From Chloroflexota bacterium (GTDB lineage: Bacteria > Chloroflexota > Anaerolineae > 4572-78): a stretch of 43,640 nt of DNA. Location: NCBI GenBank assembly GCA_024278725.1, contig JAJRSQ010000237.1, forward strand, positions 1-43,640, given 5' to 3'. Below the pieces are notes generated by a model. That model was not told where the DNA came from. It was given only the letters and a program-made list of their open reading frames with translations, and made no database searches. The translations under genes were made by a program, and so were the position numbers. The stretch's first letter is position 1; every line of letters starts with the position of its first letter. Positions 8,490 to 19,396 of this stretch are shown in pieces.

Positions 8490-9710
8490 CTATTTTCGGG
8501 TGTCGCCGCAAGCCGCCGTCACCCGATTCCAAATTTCGGCGGCGACATCGGTTTTCGCCATCAACGGCAGCGATTCCACCGTCCCGTCCGCGCCCAGCAG
8601 GGTCACCCGGTTGGTCTCCACCGCGAACCCCGCATCCGCGCGGGTCACATCGTTGGCAACAATCCAATCGAGCCGTTTGCGGGTGAGTTTGGCGCGCGCG
8701 TTTTCCAGCAAATCATCGGTTTCGGCGGCAAAACCGACCACCACTTTGGGGAAACCGGTCTCGGCGCGGAATGCCGCCACCCGCCGCAAAATATCGTCGG
8801 TGCGCGCGAGCGGCAATTGCAGGTCGCCATCGGTTTTTTTGATTTTCCGCGCGGCAACAGTTGCCGGGCGATAATCTGCCACCGCCGCCGCCATCACCAG
8901 CGCATCCGCGGCGGGGATTGCCGCCAGCACCGCGTCGGTCATCTGCGCGGCTGTGTCCACCGCCACCGGCGATACCCCGTGCGGCACGGGCAGTTTCGCG
9001 GCGGAAATCAGCGTGACCGTCGCCCCCCGGTCGCGGGCAACTTCCGCCAGCGCGTGCCCCATCCGCCCGCTGGAACGGTTGGTGAGATAGCGCACCGGGT
9101 CGAGCGGCTCGCGCGTGCCGCCCGCCGTCACCACCACTCGCAGCCCGCGCATATCGCCGTGCCGCGCCAGCACCCAGCGCGCCACATCCACAATTTCATC
9201 CGGTTCCGCCATTCTGCCGTAACCGATTCTCCCCGAAGCGAGCCGCCCGGCGGCAGGTTCCACCATCATCACCCCCCAATCCGTCAAACTTTGCACATTC
9301 TGTTTTGTGGCGGGATGTTCCCACATATCGGTTTCCATTGCCGGGGCGATGAGCACCGGTTTGGATGTCGCCAGCGCGATGGACGTGAGCAAATTATCGG
9401 CTTGACCGTGCGCCATTTTGGCGATGGTGTTGGCGGTGGCGGGCGCAATCAGCAGCAAATCAATATTGTGCGATAAATCTATGTGCGGAATGTTATCATC
9501 CGGCGGGATGTCGAACAAATCGGTGTAAACCCGCCGGTGGGTGAGCGCCTGAAACGTGAGCGGGGTGATGAATTTTGTGGCGCTTTCGGTCATCACCACA
9601 TCCACCGCCGCCCCCGCCTGCACCAATCGGCTGGCGATGGTGGCGGTTTTGTAGGCGGCAATTCCGCCGGTGACGCCCAGCACAATCCGTTTATTCTTCA
9701 AATTCGTCAT
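8490..9710 (-). CDS. coaBC: Bifunctional phosphopantothenoylcysteine decarboxylase / phosphopantothenate-cysteine ligase
   Basis: 406 aa. The N-terminal flavoprotein motif is KRIVLGVTGGIAAYKTATIASRLVQAGAAVDVVMTESATKFITPLTFQALT. The C-terminal ligase half reads VVVTAGGTREPLDPVRYLTNRSSGRMG...AAAVADYRP. Confidence 0.95.
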   Translation of the reverse strand: MTNLKNKRIVLGVTGGIAAYKTATIASRLVQAGAAVDVVMTESATKFITPLTFQALTHRRVYTDLFDIPPDDNIPHIDLSHNIDLLLIAPATANTIAKMAHGQADNLLTSIALATSKPVLIAPAMETDMWEHPATKQNVQSLTDWGVMMVEPAAGRLASGRIGYGRMAEPDEIVDVARWVLARHGDMRGLRVVVTAGGTREPLDPVRYLTNRSSGRMGHALAEVARDRGATVTLISAAKLPVPHGVSPVAVDTAAQMTDAVLAAIPAADALVMAAAVADYRPATVAARKIKKTDGDLQLPLARTDDILRRVAAFRAETGFPKVVVGFAAETDDLLENARAKLTRKRLDWIVANDVTRADAGFAVETNRVTLLGADGTVESLPLMAKTDVAAEIWNRVTAACGDTRK

Positions 9711-10494
9711 GATTGGATACCCTTTTGGGGTGGGGGTTGATTTCCCAAACCCGCCGCAACCCTTCCAGCGTCAGCCAGGGGTTGATATATTGAATCACGT
9801 CGGTCTCGGCGGCGATGGCGCGCGCCAGCCCGCCCGTGGCAATCACCTTCATTTCCGCGCCCAATTCCTGCCGGAAACGCGCCACCATCCCTTCCACCAT
9901 ACCGACATACCCGAACAGCAATCCGCTCTGGATGGCGTGAATGGTGTTTTTGCCGATGACGCTCGGCGGGGCGAGTAATTCCACGCGGGGCAGTTTCGCC
10001 GTGCGCTGAAAGAGCGCATCGGCGGCGATGTTAATGCCGGGGGTGATGGCGCCGCCCAAATAATCGCCATTCGCGGCAATGGCATCGAAGGTGGTTGCCG
10101 TGCCGAAATCCACGATGCACGCGGGACCGCCGTACAGATGATGCACCGCCAGCGCATCAATGATGCGGTCGGCGCCCACCCCCGCCGGGTTATCCACCCG
10201 CAACGAAATGCCGGTGTGAATATCGTGCGTGACCAGCAGCGGCGTTTTCTCAAAATACCGTTCGCACATGCGGGTGTAGATTTTTGCCAGCGGCGGAACC
10301 ACACTCGCCATGCAAATGCCGTCAATATCGGCGGGGGAAAGGTTGACGTGCCGGAAAAAACCCAGCACCATCATCCCGTATTCGTCGGGCATGCGGTTGC
10401 GGTCGGTTTTGATGCGCCAATGATGCCGCAACATTTTTCCATCATACAACCCGATGAGCGTGTTGGTATTGCCCACATCAATCGTTAAAATCAT
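9691..10494 (-). CDS. coaX: Type III pantothenate kinase
   Basis: 267 aa. It contains MILTIDVGNTNTLIGLY...GADRI...IVDFGTATTFD...ATGG, the ASKHA-fold CoaX motifs. It overlaps the coaBC start by 20 nt. Confidence 0.93.
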   Translation of the reverse strand: MILTIDVGNTNTLIGLYDGKMLRHHWRIKTDRNRMPDEYGMMVLGFFRHVNLSPADIDGICMASVVPPLAKIYTRMCERYFEKTPLLVTHDIHTGISLRVDNPAGVGADRIIDALAVHHLYGGPACIVDFGTATTFDAIAANGDYLGGAITPGINIAADALFQRTAKLPRVELLAPPSVIGKNTIHAIQSGLLFGYVGMVEGMVARFRQELGAEMKVIATGGLARAIAAETDVIQYINPWLTLEGLRRVWEINPHPKRVSNHDEFEE

Positions 10495-11698
10495 CGTTAT
10501 CCCATTGTCCTTCTGCTAAAAGTTCATCCGGCGGCAGGGTGAAAAAGAAGGTCGTCCCGTGCCCCGGCTCGCTTTCCGCCCAGATTTTCCCGCCGTGCGC
10601 CTCCACAATGTGCCGGGCAATCGCCAGCCCCAACCCCGTGCCGGAATGTCTTTCGGAGACAAATTCCCCGCGCGAGCGGGCATCATCCACTTTGAAAAAA
10701 CGCTCAAAAACGCGCGTCTGCGCCTCCGGCGACATCCCGATGCCGGTAGCGGCAACTGCCACACAGACCATCGCGGGGTCGTCGGTATCCCCCAGCCGGA
10801 TGGTCACGCTGCCGGTGTCGGTGAATTTTATGGCGTTGTGGATGAGGTTGGTCAGCACCCGCGCCAACATCGCTTTGTCCGCCAAAATTCGTACTTTGGG
10901 GGGCAGGGCGATTTCCAAAGCAATATTTTTCCGCGCGGCTTGTTCGTGCAATCGCTTCACAACTTTTTTGACCTGTTTGGTCAAATTGCACCCGACCAGT
11001 TTCAGCGGCATGCGTCCGCTTTCGATGAGGCTCAAATCCATCAATTCCTGATTAATCTGCATCAGGGCATCGGTTTCGTCCAAAATTTTCTCGGTCAGCA
11101 CCGCCGCCATCTTTTTGTCCGATAATGCCCCGTTCAGCAACGTTTCGGCGATTAATTGGATACCCGAAATCGGGGTGCGTAAATCGTGGGAAATATTTGC
11201 CACCAAATCGCGGCGCGCCCGCCCGAGGCGTTGCAATTCGCTCACGTCTCGGAAGAGGAGGAGCAACTGGGGCGGCTCGGCGTTTTCAACGGTGGTCATC
11301 TTCACCCGAAAAACGCGGTCGTTCAAATTTAGCTGGTGGGTCATGCTCAATGAACCGGCGAGCGTCTGTTCCGCCACATCCACCAATTGATAGTCATGCG
11401 TCCACTGCAACAGGGTCGCCCCGGCTTCCGGCGCGCCGAAAACCGCTTCGGCAACGGGATTGGTCGTCAGCACTCGCAATTGCGCATCGGTGAAAACCAC
11501 CCCGTGCGTTTCCGCCGCCAAAAGGGTTTGATGCTGCGCGGCGAGCGCGCCGAAACGGCGGGTCAATGTCTGTTGGGTCTGCGTCGCTCGCCGATAAGCG
11601 TCGTCCGCCCGCCGGCGGGCGCGTTTTTCGGCGGCATATCGCCAACCGAGCGCGCCCGCGAGCATCAGCGCGGCGGCAAAAAGGATCCAGGGGGTCAT
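10478..11698 (-). CDS. Sensor histidine kinase (membrane, PAS-like, HisKA, HATPase)
   Basis: 406 aa with an N-terminal TM segment. H-box ANISHDLRTPISGI, N-box LTNLIHNAIKF, G-boxes ATGIGM and GTGLGLAI. It overlaps coaX by 17 nt and the response regulator by 4 nt. Confidence 0.9.
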   Translation of the reverse strand: MTPWILFAAALMLAGALGWRYAAEKRARRRADDAYRRATQTQQTLTRRFGALAAQHQTLLAAETHGVVFTDAQLRVLTTNPVAEAVFGAPEAGATLLQWTHDYQLVDVAEQTLAGSLSMTHQLNLNDRVFRVKMTTVENAEPPQLLLLFRDVSELQRLGRARRDLVANISHDLRTPISGIQLIAETLLNGALSDKKMAAVLTEKILDETDALMQINQELMDLSLIESGRMPLKLVGCNLTKQVKKVVKRLHEQAARKNIALEIALPPKVRILADKAMLARVLTNLIHNAIKFTDTGSVTIRLGDTDDPAMVCVAVAATGIGMSPEAQTRVFERFFKVDDARSRGEFVSERHSGTGLGLAIARHIVEAHGGKIWAESEPGHGTTFFFTLPPDELLAEGQWDNDDFND

Positions 11699-12378
11699 GC
11701 TGCCTCAAAGCGGTAGCCGATACCGCGCACGGTTAAAATGTGTTCGGGATGGGAGGGGTCGGTTTCGATTTTTTCCCGCAACCAGCGGATATGGACATCC
11801 ACGGTGCGGGTTCCGCCGGTATAATCGTAGCCCCAAACTTTGGTCAACAGCAAATCTCTGGACAGTACCGCCCCCTGATTGCGGACAAGTTCCGCCAGCA
11901 AATCGAACTCTTTGTGGCTGAGCGAGAGGGTTTCATCGCCCCGTTGCACCTGCCGCGACACAAAATCAATCGTCAGTCCACCGGCGGTCATTTTGCTGGC
12001 AATCCCCGCCGAGGGTTTTCGGCGCAAAACAACGCGAATGCGCGCCAGCAATTCGCCCAAACTGAAGGGCTTGGTGATGTAGTCGTCCGCGCCGGAATCC
12101 AACCCGATGATTTTGTCCATTTCGCCGGAACGCGCGGTGAGCAAAATGACGGGCGTTTCCACCCCTTCGCGGCGCAAAATCCGGCACACTGAAAGCCCGT
12201 CAAGTTCGGGGAGCATCACATCCAGAATTATCAAATCCAGTTTTTTGTCACGCCCCAATTCCAAGCCGGTTTTGCCGTCGGTGGCAGTCACCAGTTTGTA
12301 CCCTTCGTTCCGCAAATTATATGAAAGGGTTTCGATGAGCGTGTTATCATCTTCAACTAATAAAATCCGTACAGCCAT
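11695..12378 (-). CDS. OmpR/PhoB-family DNA-binding response regulator
   Basis: 227 aa. The receiver is RILLVEDD...DLIILDVMLPELDG...ITKPF. The winged-helix output is LSHKEFDLLAELVRNQGAVLSRDLLLTKVWGYDY...RTVDVHIRWLREKIE...ILTVRGIGYRF. Confidence 0.93.
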   Translation of the reverse strand: MAVRILLVEDDNTLIETLSYNLRNEGYKLVTATDGKTGLELGRDKKLDLIILDVMLPELDGLSVCRILRREGVETPVILLTARSGEMDKIIGLDSGADDYITKPFSLGELLARIRVVLRRKPSAGIASKMTAGGLTIDFVSRQVQRGDETLSLSHKEFDLLAELVRNQGAVLSRDLLLTKVWGYDYTGGTRTVDVHIRWLREKIETDPSHPEHILTVRGIGYRFEAA

Positions 12379-12605
12379 ATCATTCCCTTGAGTGATGCGC
12401 GTTGGTTTTCTCTGTCACAGATTTTACATTAAAAACGGTTTTTTTTATAATTGCGGTGCGCAGTGCGATGAGCTTAAAGTGTCAGCGGCGATTGGACAAA
12501 AGAAGGCTTTTGCGCTAAACTAGCAAGGTTGAAACGGAACAGTGCGTTCTGGTAAAGGACGTTTAGGCAGGAAAGTAGTTTAAGAAATAGCAGGAGGATT
12601 TCAAA

Positions 12606-12881
12606 TTGGCTAACATCAAATCGGCGAAAAAACGGGCACGGCAAAATATCAAACGACGGCAACACAATCACTATTACAAAACCACCGCCCGCACGTACAT
12701 TAAAAAAGCGCGCGCCCTGATTGCTGCCGGTGAGTTTGATTCCGCGGAAGAAGTTATCCGCTTGGCAGAAAAATCGTTGGACAAAGCCGCTCAAAAGGGC
12801 ATCATCCACGCGAACAATGCCGCTCGCCGTAAGTCTCGGTTGCAACTTTATTTGAACCGCGCCAAAGCAAACAGCGCGTAA
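12606..12881 (+). CDS. rpsT: 30S ribosomal protein S20
   Basis: 91 aa with a TTG start and AGGAGGA 7 nt upstream. The N-terminus, MANIKSAKKRARQNIKRRQHNHYYKTTARTYIKKA, is classic S20. Confidence 0.95.
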   Translation: MANIKSAKKRARQNIKRRQHNHYYKTTARTYIKKARALIAAGEFDSAEEVIRLAEKSLDKAAQKGIIHANNAARRKSRLQLYLNRAKANSA

Positions 12882-12903
12882 TTTTCGGTACACGCAAACA
12901 CAC

Positions 12904-12932
12904 AAAAAGCGCCATTTCGGGCGCTTTTTTGT
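12904..12932 (+). terminator. Rho-independent terminator of rpsT
   Basis: AAAGCGCC (12906-12913), a 6-nt loop, GGCGCTTT (12920-12927), followed by a T-run. Confidence 0.8.
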
Positions 12933-12973
12933 TGCCGAAAAATATTTTCGGGAGCGGTGCAGAAGTTAGGGCG

Positions 12974-13045
12974 TGTCATTGCGAGGGCGTAGTCCGAAGC
13001 AATCTCCGTACCTCAATAGCGGGGGTTGCTTCGGCTCGCAATGAC
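12974..13045. repeat. Palindromic MITE/REP-like element, copy 3 (72 bp)
   Basis: TGTCATTGCGAG (12974-12985) pairs with CTCGCAATGAC (13035-13045). A nested inner inverted repeat is GAAGCAA (12996-13002) with TTGCTTC. It lies between the rpsT terminator and the stop of the 4Fe-4S membrane protein. Confidence 0.85.
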
Positions 13046-13058
13046 AACCACCACATTT

Positions 13059-14453
13059 TCAATTCCCGGACATCATCATGGTTCCCCGCCTCTCCATCGG
13101 GAGCGAGAAGGTCACCATTGCGGCAACGGCTATCAGCAAAAACAGTACCGCCCACGGCATCATTGCCCGCCCGCTTTCCGACTGCCGCGCGAAAAGTTGC
13201 CGCGCCCGCGCATCCAGCCCCCACAGGCTGCTCCCCAATCCCAGCACCACCAAAGCAATTTGAATGGGCAACAGTTTCGAGACGGGCAGCAGCATTGCCA
13301 ACCGCCAATTGGGCATATCCCCCAACAGGGTGATGCCCCGCTCAAGCAGGAAGTTCTGGAAAGCGGGGATGACGGTGAGCGCGCCGGTGGCAAAATGGAA
13401 ACCATAATGCGCCATCCACACCGAAAATCCGAGGGGGATGGCGGCGGGCGCGAAACGGGTCAGGATGCGGGTGGGCGAAAACGGCTCGGTGGTGAGTTTG
13501 ACGCTGAGCCACGCCGCGCCATAGCCCTCCAGCACGGGGAAAAGTAGGTTTAGCACGCCGAAAATCACCAGCAGCAGCACCGCTTCGTTTTGGGTGTGCA
13601 ACAGCGTCGCCAGCCGTTGTTCCAGCGCGTACACCGGCGGCACCATCCCAAAGGCGTTCCCCAGCGACGCGAAGACGAGCATCAGCGCCAATAACGCGAC
13701 ATCAACGCGGGGCAGCCAGCTTTTTGCATCTCCCGCTTCTTTCAACGGCGAGCGGGTGGTCAGCGCCACATTGTCATGCGGGCACGCGCGGGCGCAATCG
13801 AGACAAAACAGGCAATCCATGTTGCTTTTAATTTGCGGGACATACAATTCGGTGGGACACCCCGCCACAGCCGCCGAGCCGTTGACGCACTCGTGCCCGA
13901 CACACGTCCGGCAAACTTCGGGGCGACGGGCGGTGATTTGCAGCGGGGAAATGGTTGCGTTCACCATATTGAACGAGCCGAGCGGGCAGATATATTTGCA
14001 AAACGGGGATTCGGCAAACAGGGCTTCCAGCACAAACGCGCCCACAAAATACGCCACTGCCACCCACGCCGTGAGCCACGGACTCGCCCATAAATCGAGC
14101 CATTCATACAGCCAGAAGATGAGGAACAATGCGCCGATGGCGAGCCATTTGTTGCGCAATGCGCGATGCCAGCGCCAGCCGCGCATGCTCCAACGGGCGG
14201 CGAGGGTGCGCGGCAAATGGAACGGGCACACCATGCAAAAAAGGTTGCCCGCCAGCAGAAGCGCCAGCACTACCAATCCCCGATAATGAATCCACGACAG
14301 GATGGTGGCTAAATTTTCAGAAGGGCGCTGTGGTCCGGTGAAACCATCGTACAAAATTAAAGCGGCGATGAACAACAGCAAACCCTGCAACACCAGCCGC
14401 CCCCACCGCCAGCGCAAAAAATTCCCAATCAACGGCAGACGCAAAATGTCCAA
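13059..14453 (-). CDS. Polytopic membrane protein with two 4Fe-4S ferredoxin motifs (NapH/MauN/CcoG-like)
   Basis: 464 aa with multiple TM helices. It has CMVCPF and CKYICPLG motifs, followed by the clusters CRTCVGHEC...CP and CLFCLDCARACP. It is the last gene of the PCuAC-SCO operon. Confidence 0.75.
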   Translation of the reverse strand: MDILRLPLIGNFLRWRWGRLVLQGLLLFIAALILYDGFTGPQRPSENLATILSWIHYRGLVVLALLLAGNLFCMVCPFHLPRTLAARWSMRGWRWHRALRNKWLAIGALFLIFWLYEWLDLWASPWLTAWVAVAYFVGAFVLEALFAESPFCKYICPLGSFNMVNATISPLQITARRPEVCRTCVGHECVNGSAAVAGCPTELYVPQIKSNMDCLFCLDCARACPHDNVALTTRSPLKEAGDAKSWLPRVDVALLALMLVFASLGNAFGMVPPVYALEQRLATLLHTQNEAVLLLVIFGVLNLLFPVLEGYGAAWLSVKLTTEPFSPTRILTRFAPAAIPLGFSVWMAHYGFHFATGALTVIPAFQNFLLERGITLLGDMPNWRLAMLLPVSKLLPIQIALVVLGLGSSLWGLDARARQLFARQSESGRAMMPWAVLFLLIAVAAMVTFSLPMERRGTMMMSGN

Positions 14454-14496
14454 AACATCCCCTCCGGTGAATGTTCGGCGAATGACGCGCGGCGCG

Positions 14497-15075
14497 TCAT
14501 TTTTTCTTCAAAATGTATCGCACATCCGACAAAATATCTTCCGCCGGAGTGCCAAACGCATAACTGAGCCGCAATCGTCCTTGCGGGTCAATCAGAAATA
14601 CGCGGGCGGTGTGGGTCACCGAATAGTCGGCAGCGGAATTGGGTTGCGGCTCTTTTTCGGTGAAGATGCCATACGCGCCATACACCGCTTCCAGCGCGGC
14701 AGTGTCACCCGTTAAGGCAGTGATATTGGGATGAAAATGGGCGGTATAGCTCGCCAAATCGGCGGGGGAATCCCGTTCCGGGTCAACCGTCACAAAAAAG
14801 AACTTCACCCGCGCCGCCTCGTCGCCCAATTCATTGAGCACCTGCCGCGCCTCGCCCAACGTCGTCGGGCAGACATCGGGGCAATGGGTGTACCCGAAAA
14901 AGAGCAGGACGACGTTTCCCGACTGCTCGCTGAGGCGCACCGTTTCCCCCGTCGCGCTCTGAAGCGTAAAATCGGGCGCGGGATTGCCGGGGTATTCCGA
15001 GCCTTTATATTCATACGTGCCGCACGCGGCGAGCAGTGCCAACAGCAGCCCCCATACAATCAATCGCCGATACAT
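14497..15075 (-). CDS. SCO1/SenC-family copper chaperone / thiol-disulfide oxidoreductase (lipoprotein)
   Basis: 192 aa. Lipobox LLAACG, the CxxxC copper motif FGYTHCPDVCPTT, and a downstream conserved His (YSVTHTARVFLIDPQG). Confidence 0.92.
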   Translation of the reverse strand: MYRRLIVWGLLLALLAACGTYEYKGSEYPGNPAPDFTLQSATGETVRLSEQSGNVVLLFFGYTHCPDVCPTTLGEARQVLNELGDEAARVKFFFVTVDPERDSPADLASYTAHFHPNITALTGDTAALEAVYGAYGIFTEKEPQPNSAADYSVTHTARVFLIDPQGRLRLSYAFGTPAEDILSDVRYILKKK

Positions 15076-15078
15076 GGT

Positions 15079-15510
15079 TTACTCCTTCACGGACACCGTC
15101 ACGGCAATGTCTCCGGCATCCTGAAAATGCAGGGTCGCTGAAAAGGACTCGCCCGCGGTGAGCGGGGCGGTCAGTTCCATCAGCATCACGTGCAATCCGC
15201 CCGGCTCGAAAATCACGGTTTCGCCGTCGGGGATGTTGAGCACGCCGCCGGGGAGCGGTTCCATTTTCATCACATCCCCCGCCATAGTGGAGTGATGGAG
15301 TTCCGCCATTTTGGCGACGGGGACGCTCACCCCCGTGAGGATATCATCCTGCCCGCTATGGTTGGTGATGGTGAAATATACCGCGCCCGTGTCCGCGCTC
15401 GCGGGCAAACTGCGCGACCAAGCGTCGGTCACGGTGAGCGAGCCGTCATTTCCGCACCCGACGAGGGGCAATGCCAGCAAGAATACGCCAATGAGCCAAT
15501 ATTTCTTCAT
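15079..15510 (-). CDS. Copper chaperone PCu(A)C (DUF461), lipoprotein
   Basis: 143 aa. Lipobox PLVGCG. The H/M-rich copper motif is MAELHHSTMAGDVMKMEPL...GGLHVMLM. There is a 3-nt gap to the SCO gene. Confidence 0.88.
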   Translation of the reverse strand: MKKYWLIGVFLLALPLVGCGNDGSLTVTDAWSRSLPASADTGAVYFTITNHSGQDDILTGVSVPVAKMAELHHSTMAGDVMKMEPLPGGVLNIPDGETVIFEPGGLHVMLMELTAPLTAGESFSATLHFQDAGDIAVTVSVKE

Positions 15511-15548
15511 CGCTGCGCTCTCCGTCTGTTTAATTGTTCAATCGGATT

Positions 15549-15629
15549 TCAGGGGGTGTTATGGCAAGACCCACAGGGTCGAAGCAATCTCCGAGTTTGC
15601 ACCCGGAAATTGCTTCAACCCCTGTACCG
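15549..15629. repeat. Degenerate copy of the palindromic element family
   Basis: The inner arms GAAGCAATCTCC (15581-15592) and GGAAATTGCTTC (15605-15616) match the cores of copies 2 and 3. The outer arms are decayed (GTGTTATGGCAAG versus GTGTCATTGCGAG). It lies between the acnA stop and the PCuAC start. Confidence 0.55.
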
Positions 15630-15631
15630 CG

Positions 15632-18337
<2,706 letters not shown>

Positions 18338-18386
18338 ACCTGTCTCCTTAAAATTGTATCGAATTTGGTGTTTCAAATTTCGGGGT

Positions 18387-19262
18387 CTACGGCTGTATCA
18401 TCGCCGCGAACGACCCATTTCCCACGATTGCAAAGACTGCGATTGTATCATTTTCGGCGGGGAAGACCCCAGCCAGCACTGAACGTTCCGATTCGGCGGT
18501 GAAGAATGTCGCGCCGGTTCCGCCCCCCAATGGTTGAGGCGTGCCGCCCCCCGGCGGCGGGAGCAGAACTTTTCCCGGCGGCGCGGCGAGACTGCCGTCC
18601 GATTGCACCGCTTGCAGTGGTATATTCGCCAGCGCGGGGAAAGTTTTGCGCACCAGCGCCAGCGTATCACCGGCAGTGGCGGGCAGTGGATTTTCCCGCC
18701 ACAGAACCACCACCCCCAGCGAGCTGTCGCCATCCCCCCTGCTGACGGCGGCGAGACCGTCTTCCAGCGTGACGGACACCGATTCATCCGCCGCTGCCAT
18801 CCCCGCCGCAACCGCCGATTGCACCGGCGGCGGCAGGTCAATCTCACCCGCAGAAACCACCGTCACCGCGATGCCCAGCGTGTCGGCGGCATATTGTGTC
18901 ACCGTTTCCACCGCGTCCGGTTCGCCTGACGGGGCGGGCGGCGCGGGGGTGGCGGTTGCCAGTCCGGGCATCACAAACGCCGCCGGTTCATTTCCCGACG
19001 CAGTCGTTGGCGTCGGGGTTTGGGTGATGGTCGGTTCGGTTGTCGCGGTCGGCAGCACAACGGGAGTGAACGTTGCCGGTGGCGGCAGTGGCGTGCCGCG
19101 CGAAACGGGTGTCGGCAGGGCAGGCGTTTGGCGCGGGATGGGAGAAGCGGCAATCGCCGCGGCAGTGGGTGGCGCGGCAGTCGGTGCGCCACACGCCACC
19201 GGCACAATCGCCATTAATATTCCCACACCCATCCATGCCGTTTGCCTAAACCATCGTTCCAT
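18387..19262 (-). CDS. Secreted/lipoprotein with a Pro/Thr/Ala-rich linker (hypothetical)
   Basis: 291 aa. It has a signal peptide with a VPVACG lipobox-like site. About 100 aa are low-complexity P/T/A ([27 protein letters not shown]...TQTPTPTT), followed by a ~170-aa globular C-terminal part. It sits directly upstream of acnA on the same strand. Confidence 0.6.
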   Translation of the reverse strand: MERWFRQTAWMGVGILMAIVPVACGAPTAAPPTAAAIAASPIPRQTPALPTPVSRGTPLPPPATFTPVVLPTATTEPTITQTPTPTTASGNEPAAFVMPGLATATPAPPAPSGEPDAVETVTQYAADTLGIAVTVVSAGEIDLPPPVQSAVAAGMAAADESVSVTLEDGLAAVSRGDGDSSLGVVVLWRENPLPATAGDTLALVRKTFPALANIPLQAVQSDGSLAAPPGKVLLPPPGGGTPQPLGGGTGATFFTAESERSVLAGVFPAENDTIAVFAIVGNGSFAAMIQP

Positions 19263-19396
19263 TCATCCAGCCTGTTCAGTCTCACTCCGACTGCTGCGTA
19301 TCCAATTTGGGGATGCATCCCTCAACGCCCCCAGTATACCATCCAAAGGGCTATAATTCAAACTGATATTATCTATCTTGGCAATAGGAAATCCCT

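Noticed and set aside
8121-9476. 451-aa plus-strand ORF
   Set aside because: It is antisense to coaBC and the DinB-like gene. The sequence is Arg/His/Pro-rich shadow-frame material.
12379-12605. 227-bp region upstream of rpsT, examined for a tRNA, riboswitch or ribosomal-protein leader
   Set aside because: I found no tRNA-like T-arm (GGTTCGAATCC type) or cloverleaf, and no recognisable riboswitch core. It is probably just the divergent promoter region. A structured S20 autoregulatory leader cannot be excluded without covariance-model scanning.
12474-12905. 143-aa minus-strand ORF
   Set aside because: It lies opposite rpsT and its leader and has no motifs. rpsT is unambiguous.
6875-13045. 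Possibility that the GTCATTGCGAG-type repeats form a CRISPR array
   Set aside because: The copies are internally palindromic, differ in length (72-115 bp), and are kilobases apart in different intergenic regions. There is no regular repeat-spacer periodicity and no cas genes.
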